A stretch of 32,000 nucleotides of DNA from Archaeoglobus fulgidus DSM 4304 (lineage in GTDB: Archaea > Halobacteriota > Archaeoglobi > Archaeoglobales > Archaeoglobaceae). Under the pieces are notes generated by a model, which was not told the DNA's origin, ran no database searches, and worked only from the letters and a program-made list of their open reading frames with translations. Shown piece after piece: positions 19,145-26,236 of this stretch (positions within the stretch are counted from its first letter, which is position 1; each line of letters begins with the position of its first letter). Position numbers and translations under genes: made by a program. The stretch is taken from contig NC_000917.1 in the NCBI RefSeq assembly GCF_000008665.1, forward strand, positions 2,100,001 through 2,132,000, written 5' to 3'.

Positions 19145-19357
19145 GTCCCCGATCGGGGAAGAGGCAGAGGTGGCAGTGCCGACGATGAAGCTTCTCTGCG
19201 AGCTCGGGGACACACCATGTCGATAGGTCCCCTTAGGAGTGAGGCGAAAGCCTTACGATGAGTATGGGGCAACCCGGACATGGGACAGCCCCCAGAGGTC
19301 AGCCACTCTGAGAGGGCAAAGCCTGCGATGAGGGGTGGTGTTACTCTGGGGGCAGAT
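19145..19357 (+). ncRNA. Three-hairpin H/ACA-type sRNA (pseudouridylation guide), A. fulgidus Afu-4-like architecture
   Basis: Hairpin 1: lower stem GTCCCCGA/TCGGGGAC (19145-19152/19204-19211) then ACA. Hairpin 2: CCATGTC/GACATGG (19215-19221/19277-19283) then G-ACA. Hairpin 3: GCCCCCAGAG/CTCTGGGGGC (19288-19297/19344-19353) then AGA. Each has an apical GCC(N2-3)CGATGA k-turn-like strand. Confidence 0.82.
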
Positions 19358-19360
19358 TTC

Positions 19361-19753
19361 TGCCGTCACGTTTTCGTAAATTTCATCGAAAGTGGGTATC
19401 TTCGGTTTTGTGGATATACTGTCACATACCATCTTGACAAGGTTCGGAATACTGCTGTCTCCCTGATTTTTCTGACCACAGCTGCTGCAGAAGAGTGGTC
19501 TTTCGTGAAGCTGGTAGATGACCCCTCACACTTTGGACCAGGAGGGATGACAGCAGATGGAACTAAGATAGTTTTCTCCAAACACACGGATGGGAGCTAC
19601 GCCACACACTGGGACGAAAAAGTATTTCTGATGGACCTCGAAACCAAGCAGGTAACGAGAGTAACAAGGAACATCTACTTCGACAGCTACCCGACCATTT
19701 CTCCTGAGGGTTCAAAGATTGCGTTCGTTGAGAGCGAACGGTTACAATTTTAG
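19361..19753 (+). CDS. N-terminal fragment of TolB-like beta-propeller surface protein (frame broken before 19753)
   Basis: SLIFLTTAAAEEWSF secretory-like segment; MTADGTKIVFSKHTDGSY and YPTISPEGSKIAFVES WD/TolB propeller repeats. The start codon is unclear. Confidence 0.65.
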   Translation, partial: CRHVFVNFIESGYLRFCGYTVTYHLDKVRNTAVSLIFLTTAAAEEWSFVKLVDDPSHFGPGGMTADGTKIVFSKHTDGSYATHWDEKVFLMDLETKQVTRVTRNIYFDSYPTISPEGSKIAFVESERLQF

Positions 19754-21239
19754 ACAAGATACACGACATTACGTTTATGTTGTCAGTCAGTCCAACAACT
19801 GGCAGCAAGGCCGCCACCTCATCGACGACCCCGGCAAATTCTACTTCGACCCGCTGCTGGATGAAAACGGAAACCACATTACTGTCAATTACTGGGTGTA
19901 TTTAGATGACTTCAACTGGCCAAACTTCATCGGGACTTACACAGCTACCGGTTCTGCAATTGGGGGAATAGAATTGGGGAAGTACGTATATGGCCCGGTT
20001 AGATCCCCGGATGGGAGTAAAATTGCCTTCTCGACCGTTCGTGGAGAAGGGGAACAAAGGGTGTCCGAGCTTTACGTGGGTGGTGTAGGTCAACCGCCTA
20101 AGATTATTTACTCCGACAGCGAGGGAAGAGCTGTGAGGCAATTCTCGGTCAGCAACGATGGGAAAGTTGCATTTTACCTTGAGGGAGACAGCAAGGGAAG
20201 AGAAGGAGTTTTCCTCTACCAGAACGGTAACATAATGCTTCTCAACAGCGATTTGCACTTCTGTAACCCGATGATAAGTGGAGACGGTCAGAAGCTCTAC
20301 TGCCTGTACAATGACCTCTTTGAATACAAGTTCTCACTTTACGAGATAGATATCAACGACGGAAGTTATGAGATGCTGGGAACATACAATGTCCATACAG
20401 GCTTATCACTCACGAACAACGATGGAAGCGTAATTGTGTTCAGGGGGTACAACGAAACAAATGGTTTCGGAATCTTCGCACTCGTTAAGGGAGAAGGTGT
20501 GACAATTCCGCCGATGCTCAACTTGGACCTCCAACCTATGCTTCCTCCGAAAACTACCATCATTGCCGGTTCTGCCGAAGCGCCCCAAGGAAGTGATATC
20601 CAGGTGCCTGTTAAAATCGAAAATGCTGACAAAGTGGGCAGCATAAATCTCATCCTGAGCTACCCGAATGTGCTTGAGGTTGAGGATGTGCTTCAGGGCT
20701 CTCTAACTCAGAACTCACTTTTCGATTACAATGTTGAAGGTAATCAAATTAAAGTTGGCATCGCGGACAGTAACGGGATTAGCGGCGACGGTTCGCTGTT
20801 CTACGTAAAGTTCAGAGTTACAGGCAATGAAAAAGCGGAGCAGGCAGAAAACGTTAAAGGTAAACTTAGGGGCTTGGGCCAACAGCTCTCTGAAATCACA
20901 CTCAGAAACTCTCACGCTCTCACCCTTCAAGGGATCGAAATCTACGACATTGATGGGAATTCTGTAAAGGTTGCGACGATAAATGGGACTTTCAGGATTG
21001 TCTCTCAGGAAGAAGCAAACAAGGGAGATGTGAATGGAGATGGAGAAATAAACAGTCTCGACGCTCTGCTTGCACTTCAGATGTCAATCGGGAAGGTTGA
21101 GCCGAACCCTGTAGCAGATATGGATGGGGATGGAAAGGTGCTTGCGAAGGATGCCACTGAAATCATGAAGATGGCAACAGACATGATGATCAGAAGAACG
21201 GCGGAAATTATAAGCCAGAATGGCTTACTGGGTAAGTGA
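19719..21239 (+). CDS. Secreted beta-propeller + cohesin + dockerin protein (C-terminal part in this frame)
   Basis: Propeller repeats (SPDGSKIAFSTVRGEGEQRVSELYVGG), cohesin-like SAEAPQGSDIQVPVKIENADKVGSINLILSYPNVLEVEDV, dockerin-like GDVNGDGEINSLDALLALQ...VADMDGDGKVLAKDATEIMK. Confidence 0.85.
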   Translation: MRSLRANGYNFRQDTRHYVYVVSQSNNWQQGRHLIDDPGKFYFDPLLDENGNHITVNYWVYLDDFNWPNFIGTYTATGSAIGGIELGKYVYGPVRSPDGSKIAFSTVRGEGEQRVSELYVGGVGQPPKIIYSDSEGRAVRQFSVSNDGKVAFYLEGDSKGREGVFLYQNGNIMLLNSDLHFCNPMISGDGQKLYCLYNDLFEYKFSLYEIDINDGSYEMLGTYNVHTGLSLTNNDGSVIVFRGYNETNGFGIFALVKGEGVTIPPMLNLDLQPMLPPKTTIIAGSAEAPQGSDIQVPVKIENADKVGSINLILSYPNVLEVEDVLQGSLTQNSLFDYNVEGNQIKVGIADSNGISGDGSLFYVKFRVTGNEKAEQAENVKGKLRGLGQQLSEITLRNSHALTLQGIEIYDIDGNSVKVATINGTFRIVSQEEANKGDVNGDGEINSLDALLALQMSIGKVEPNPVADMDGDGKVLAKDATEIMKMATDMMIRRTAEIISQNGLLGK

Positions 21240-21243
21240 GGTG

Positions 21244-21792
21244 ATGGTTTTGAGGCGATTTCTTCTGCTAACTCTCGTTGTCTTTATCCTCACAATGAGT
21301 GTTGCTTCAGCTGAAATGGTTGTTAAAATCCCGGATACCAGCGGGGCCGTTGGTGGGACTGTTGAAGTTCCAGTTGAGGTTGAGAATGCACAGAACCTCG
21401 GAAGCATGGATATCGTGATAGTTTACGACCCAACCATCCTGAAGGTTCAAAATGTTGGGAAAGGTGAGCTGAACAAGGGACTGCTGTCCTCGAACACAGG
21501 AGAGGGAATGGTGGCAATAAGCTTGGCTGATTCCAAGGGAATTAACGGAAAGGGGAGTGTTGCAGTAATCACTTTTCAAGTGCTTAAAGCCGGGTCAACT
21601 GACCTAACGATTCAGAGTGTAAAGGCCTATGACGTAAACACACATGTCGACATTCCCGTAAAGGCAGATAACGGTAAGTTTGAAGCTGTGAAAGGTGGGG
21701 CAGGAACAACTGGATCCACACCAGGGTTCGAGCTTCTTTTAGCAGTCTCCGCATTGATTGCTGTTGGGCTATTTAGGAAAAAGATTGGTTAG
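21244..21792 (+). CDS. Cohesin-domain surface protein with PGF-CTERM-like sorting signal
   Basis: Signal peptide MVLRRFLLLTLVVFILTMSVASA; cohesin VKIPDTSGAVGGTVEVPVEVENAQNLGSMDIVIVYDPTILKVQNV; tail TPGFELLLAVSALIAVGLFRKKIG. Confidence 0.85.
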   Translation: MVLRRFLLLTLVVFILTMSVASAEMVVKIPDTSGAVGGTVEVPVEVENAQNLGSMDIVIVYDPTILKVQNVGKGELNKGLLSSNTGEGMVAISLADSKGINGKGSVAVITFQVLKAGSTDLTIQSVKAYDVNTHVDIPVKADNGKFEAVKGGAGTTGSTPGFELLLAVSALIAVGLFRKKIG

Positions 21793-21874
21793 TTTTTTAT
21801 TTTTATTTTTTAAATTTTAAACAATCCTCCGTTTTTTAGAAAAGCCTAAAAGTCTTGAGGTCACGCTTGCAAAC

Positions 21875-22231
21875 ATGAAGGTGTGCGTTCCGAGTTACAG
21901 AGGAGGATTGGACGATTACGTTTGCGAGCACTTTGGCAAGGCTGAAAGCTTCACGATTTACGATACGGAGACGGGAGAAGTTAAGGTTGTAAGGAACACG
22001 AGCGAGCATTTTGGCGGGGTTGGCTACCCTCCAGAGCTGATAAAATCTGCCGGTGCTGATGTTGTACTCTGCAGCGGAATGGGGGCGAGGGCGATAGCGA
22101 TGTTCAGGAGATTCGGGATTAAGGTCTACATGGGGGCAAGCGGAACTGTGAGAGATGCAATCGAGCAATTCCTTGCGGGAAAGCTGGTTGAGGCGGATGA
22201 GGCGATGGGCTGCTCGCATCATCACCACTAA
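21875..22231 (+). CDS. Dinitrogenase iron-molybdenum cofactor (NifX/NifB-like) domain protein
   Basis: MKVCVPSYRGGLDDYVCEHFGKAESFTIYD...GAMARAIAMF-like GMGARAIAMFRRFGIKVYMGASGTVRDAIEQFLAGKL; His-rich tail CSHHHH. Confidence 0.88.
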   Translation: MKVCVPSYRGGLDDYVCEHFGKAESFTIYDTETGEVKVVRNTSEHFGGVGYPPELIKSAGADVVLCSGMGARAIAMFRRFGIKVYMGASGTVRDAIEQFLAGKLVEADEAMGCSHHHH

Positions 22232-22278
22232 ATTTTAGGCAATCCGAAAAGTTATATGCTTTAAGGCGAAGTAGGGTT

Positions 22279-22713
22279 ATGAGAATTGCAGCAACGACTC
22301 TAAAAGGGGGAATTGATGACATCGTAACACCGCAGTTTGGCAGAACTGCAACGTTTACGATTGTGGACTACGATGGCGGAGTGAAAAACGTGGAGGTTGT
22401 TGAGAACAGAGCAGCCTCGCAGTCAAGCGGTGCGGGGATTGCTGCTGCACAAATGCTGGTTGATAAGAAAGTGGAGGTCTTGCTTACAGGCCATGTTGGA
22501 CCGAAAGCCATGAACGTTCTGAGAGCTGCAGGAATAAGAGCTTTTGTTGCAGAAGGGCTAAGGGTCAGAGATGCTGTTGAGAAGCTATTAAAAGGCGAGC
22601 TGGAGGAAATTACAGCTCCGTCAAGTGGTATGGGCAAGGGCATGGGCAGAGGAATGGGCGGCGGTAGAGGCAGAGGAATGGGAGGTGGCATGGGAGGAGG
22701 CAGATGGAGGTAG
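22279..22713 (+). CDS. Dinitrogenase iron-molybdenum cofactor (NifX-like) domain protein with Gly/Met/Arg-rich tail
   Basis: MRIAATTLKGGIDDIVTPQFGRTATFTIVDYD...GHVGPKAMNVLRAAGIRAFVAEGLRVRDAVEKLLKGEL; tail GMGKGMGRGMGGGRGRGMGGGMGGGRW. Confidence 0.88.
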   Translation: MRIAATTLKGGIDDIVTPQFGRTATFTIVDYDGGVKNVEVVENRAASQSSGAGIAAAQMLVDKKVEVLLTGHVGPKAMNVLRAAGIRAFVAEGLRVRDAVEKLLKGELEEITAPSSGMGKGMGRGMGGGRGRGMGGGMGGGRWR

Positions 22714-22961
22714 TGCTTCATCTCGCCGGCCACTGCATTGAAACCTCAGCCAAGAAAAGATACGAGATGCTTGTTCAGGAGCTGCTGAAAGAGGATGATG
22801 AAGAGAGGGAGAAAATACTGGCAGAGGAGCTTGAGCTTCTTCTCGATTTTTTGAAAAAAGCGGACTTTTCTGAGCTTCGAAGAAGAGGTTTTGACGGAAG
22901 CAGGGAAATGCGAGTGAGGGTTAAAAAGGTCGGAGAAGAGTTTGTAGTTGAAGAGATATGA
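22704..22961 (+). CDS. Small conserved hypothetical in MinD/NifX cluster
   Basis: 85-aa ORF overlapping both neighbours by 4-10 nt; MEVVLHLAGHCIETSAKKRYEMLVQELLKEDDEEREKILAEELELLLDFLKKADFSEL. Confidence 0.7.
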   Translation: MEVVLHLAGHCIETSAKKRYEMLVQELLKEDDEEREKILAEELELLLDFLKKADFSELRRRGFDGSREMRVRVKKVGEEFVVEEI

Positions 22962-23746
22962 GGATCGCTGTTGCTTCCGGCAAAGGTGGAACGGGGAAAA
23001 CGACCGTTGCGGTGAATCTGGCTGTATTCAACCACATTGACCTTTTTGATCTGGACGTGGAGGAGCCGAACGACCGCATATTCATAAAGGGTGAAGCTGA
23101 GGAATGGCCAGCCTACAGAAAGGTTCCTGAGGTGAGGGAGAACTGCAACGCATGCGGAGTGTGCAAGGACGTCTGCCAGTATTCTGCCATCTACGTCATT
23201 GACAAAGCCTATCCTCTGCCGGAGCTGTGCCACAGCTGCGGAGCATGCATCTACCTCTGCCCGGAAAAGGCGATGGAGGAGGTGGACTACCAAACGGGAA
23301 AAATAGTGAGGGTGAAGTCGGACATCACTCTTACCTACGGAGAGATGAGAATCGGCGAAGCTTCAGCGGTTTTTCTGATAAAGCAGGTGAAGGAGCTCAT
23401 GGGGAAGAATGCAATCATCGACTCCCCTCCCGGAGCGTCCTGCCCTATGGTTGAGAGCGTTAGCGATGCAGATTACGTAATTCTCGTTGCCGAACCCACT
23501 CCCTTCGGTCTTCACGATTTGAAGATTGCAGCTGAAGTTGTTTCCGATTTGGGGCTGAAATTTGGAGTCGTTGTAAACAAGCACGGACTTCCCTTTGACG
23601 GAATTGAGAGGTACTGTAAAGAGGGGGGAGTTGAGATTCTCGGAAAAATACCCTTCAGCAAGGAAATCGCGGAAAAATACTCAAGAGGTGAACTTCTTCA
23701 CGACATGAAGGATTTCTTCGTGCAGCTTTACGAGGGGATAGCGTGA
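22958..23746 (+). CDS. MinD-family ATPase with inserted 2x[4Fe-4S] ferredoxin domain
   Basis: ASGKGGTGKTTVAVNLA; CNACGVCKDVCQYSAI...CHSCGACIYLCPEKAM; IIDSPPGASCPM. Confidence 0.92.
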   Translation: MRIAVASGKGGTGKTTVAVNLAVFNHIDLFDLDVEEPNDRIFIKGEAEEWPAYRKVPEVRENCNACGVCKDVCQYSAIYVIDKAYPLPELCHSCGACIYLCPEKAMEEVDYQTGKIVRVKSDITLTYGEMRIGEASAVFLIKQVKELMGKNAIIDSPPGASCPMVESVSDADYVILVAEPTPFGLHDLKIAAEVVSDLGLKFGVVVNKHGLPFDGIERYCKEGGVEILGKIPFSKEIAEKYSRGELLHDMKDFFVQLYEGIA

Positions 23747-24594
23747 AGCAGGTTGCGGTGATAAGCGGAAAGGGCGGGACGGGAAAAACAACTTTCTCAG
23801 CCACAATTCACGCCTTGGAGGGGGGAGTGGTTGCCGACTGTGATGTCGACGCCCCAAACCTTCACATTCTGCTGAAGCCCCAAATTCTGAAGGCAGAGGA
23901 CTTCATCGCTTCGAAGAAGGCAAGGATAATGCCGGAAAAGTGCTCCTCATGCGGCTTGTGCTATGACCTCTGCAGGTTTGGGGCGGTTGTGGCTGAGGAC
24001 GGCTATTACGTGGACGAGAAAAAGTGCGAGGGCTGCGCTTTCTGCTTCAACGTCTGCCCGGAAAGGGCGATAGAGATGGAGAATGTGAAAACAGGGGACC
24101 TTTACGTCTCTAAGACTGAGTGGGGATACTTCGTCCATGCAAGGCTCAAGCCGGGAGAGGAGAACACCGGAAGGCTTGTTACAGAGGTGAAGAACAGAGC
24201 GAAGGAGATTGCAGAGGAGAGTAATGCTGAATTCCTGATCGTGGACTCCGCCCCTGGAGTTGGCTGTCCCGTTATGGCCAGCTTAACGGGGGTTGATGCG
24301 GCGATAATTGTCACGGAGCCAACAGTTTCAGGGTTGAGCGACATGCTCAGGATTCTTGAGCTTTGCGAACACTTCAGAATCAGGCCTTTCGTTGTCGTGA
24401 ACAAGTTCGACTTAAATGTTAACATTGCTTCAGAAATTGAGAGTTACTGCTCTGAAAACGGAGTGGAGTTTGCCGGAAGAGTTCCGTTTGATAAGGCAAT
24501 TCCTGAGCAGATTGCGAATCTGAATTTTCCCTTCAGCGGTAAGGCTGCTGATAAAATGGTTGAAATCTGGAAAAAACTTAGGGAGGTGTTGTGA
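23743..24594 (+). CDS. MinD-family ATPase with inserted ferredoxin domain (paralog)
   Basis: ISGKGGTGKTTFSATIHALEGG; CSSCGLCYDLCRFGAV...CEGCAFCFNVCPERAI; IVDSAPGVGCPV. Confidence 0.92.
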   Translation: MKQVAVISGKGGTGKTTFSATIHALEGGVVADCDVDAPNLHILLKPQILKAEDFIASKKARIMPEKCSSCGLCYDLCRFGAVVAEDGYYVDEKKCEGCAFCFNVCPERAIEMENVKTGDLYVSKTEWGYFVHARLKPGEENTGRLVTEVKNRAKEIAEESNAEFLIVDSAPGVGCPVMASLTGVDAAIIVTEPTVSGLSDMLRILELCEHFRIRPFVVVNKFDLNVNIASEIESYCSENGVEFAGRVPFDKAIPEQIANLNFPFSGKAADKMVEIWKKLREVL

Positions 24595-25359
24595 ATGCAG
24601 AAGAGGGTTACGGATGAGGAGATTAAGGAGAGGCTCGGCAAAATCAAGAGCAGAATTGCCGTGATGAGCGGCAAGGGCGGTGTGGGTAAATCAACCGTCA
24701 CAGCCTTGCTTGCCGTCCATTACGCTAGGCAGGGAAAGAAGGTTGGGATTCTCGATGCTGACTTTCTCGGCCCGAGCATCCCCATTCTCTTCGGCTTGAG
24801 AAATGCAAGAATTGCTGTCAGCGCTGAAGGGCTTGAGCCGGTGCTGACGCAGAAGTACGGGATTAAGGTGATGTCAATGCAGTTTTTGTTGCCGAAAGAG
24901 AACACGCCCGTTATCTGGAGAGGGCCTTTGATTGCGGGTATGATCAGGGAGTTCCTCGGCAGAGTTGCCTGGGGGGAGCTTGACCATTTGCTGATTGACC
25001 TTCCGCCGGGAACAGGAGATGCACCTCTCACAGTAATGCAGGATGCGAAGCCAACGGGAGTGGTGGTTGTGTCAACGCCACAGGAGCTGACGGCGGTAAT
25101 TGTCGAGAAGGCCATAAACATGGCTGAGGAAACGAACACTTCCGTTTTAGGGCTTGTAGAGAACATGAGCTACTTCGTCTGCCCCAACTGCGGGCACAAG
25201 AGCTACATATTTGGAGAGGGGAAGGGAGAAAGCTTGGCGAAGAAGTACAACATCGGATTCTTCACAAGCATACCAATAGAGGAGGAGCTGATAAAGCTTG
25301 CCGATAGCGGAAGGATTGAGGAGTACGAGAAGGACTGGTTTGAGAGCGCCCCCTTCTAA
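24595..25359 (+). CDS. Mrp/NBP35-family ATP-binding protein
   Basis: VMSGKGGVGKSTVTALLAVHYA; LIDLPPGTGDAPLTVMQ; FVCPNCGHKSYIFGEG. Confidence 0.93.
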   Translation: MQKRVTDEEIKERLGKIKSRIAVMSGKGGVGKSTVTALLAVHYARQGKKVGILDADFLGPSIPILFGLRNARIAVSAEGLEPVLTQKYGIKVMSMQFLLPKENTPVIWRGPLIAGMIREFLGRVAWGELDHLLIDLPPGTGDAPLTVMQDAKPTGVVVVSTPQELTAVIVEKAINMAEETNTSVLGLVENMSYFVCPNCGHKSYIFGEGKGESLAKKYNIGFFTSIPIEEELIKLADSGRIEEYEKDWFESAPF

Positions 25360-25392
25360 CTATTTTTAGGATAAATTGCTGGCTAAATCTGA

Positions 25393-26046
25393 ATGGTTGA
25401 GGTTCACCTCACCGTCGATGCCGAGACGATTGATGTGCTCATGAAATTAAAAATACTGTACGACAATGAAGCACTTCCGGGATTCAAAGCGGGCTGGGGC
25501 TTCTCAGCCTTACTATGCCCTAATGATGGTGCAATTCTTTTCGATACCGGTGGTGATGCTGTAAGACTCGATTTTAACGCAAGGAAGCTGGGAGTTAATA
25601 AAAGCAAAATCAAAGCATGTTTCATCTCACATAGACATGCTGACCATACGGGGGGTTTAGAATGGCTTGATGACAAGACGGAGGTGTTTTTCCCAGGAGA
25701 GTACAACCAAAGCTTTGACGAGATTGAGACGCTGTATTTTACTGAGCCTTTTGAAGAGCAGGCTTTAATTTACAAAAAAATTATGCTCATCGGCTGTTCT
25801 CATCCGGGAATTGTTAGGATAGCAAGAGTGGCTTTTGAGAGATTTGGAAAGCTCAAACTGATTGCAGGTGGGATGCATTTGTTTGGCACTCCTGAATATA
25901 GAATCGAGAGTATAGCAATGGAGCTGAGGAAATTTACTGATAAAATAGCTCCTTGCCACTGTACAGGTGAGAAGGGCAAGAGAATATTCCAGAACGTGTT
26001 CGGTAGCAGATTTATTGACGCGAAGGCTGGAACTGTGATTTTTTAG
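25393..26046 (+). CDS. MBL-fold metallohydrolase
   Basis: ILYDNEALPGFKAGWGFSALL..., FISHRHADHTGG, LIGCSHPGIV. The likely ancestral start is MKLKILYDN at 25441. Confidence 0.85.
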   Translation: MVEVHLTVDAETIDVLMKLKILYDNEALPGFKAGWGFSALLCPNDGAILFDTGGDAVRLDFNARKLGVNKSKIKACFISHRHADHTGGLEWLDDKTEVFFPGEYNQSFDEIETLYFTEPFEEQALIYKKIMLIGCSHPGIVRIARVAFERFGKLKLIAGGMHLFGTPEYRIESIAMELRKFTDKIAPCHCTGEKGKRIFQNVFGSRFIDAKAGTVIF

Positions 26047-26236
26047 GCGCTCAATAAAGGATTAGTGCAGTCAAATTTAATAATTTTCTTTTTGTCTTTT
26101 AAGTGATTAGCAATTAAATATAACTCAGTATTCTCAATTTTAGGTAATAACCTATAAACTTTTTGCAATTTCCACGTTATTTATAATTTCATCAGCACCG
26201 CAAAGTTCTTATTAAATAAAATCAAAAAAACACTGT

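Noticed and set aside
19280-19360. N-terminal part of the plus-strand ORF (MGQPPEVSHSERAKPAMRGG...)
   Set aside because: These codons fall inside the structured H/ACA hairpins 2-3; the peptide is a translation of RNA structure, not a credible secretory N-terminus.
21836-22228. Minus-strand 130-aa ORF
   Set aside because: Exactly antisense to the NifX-like gene; no independent support.
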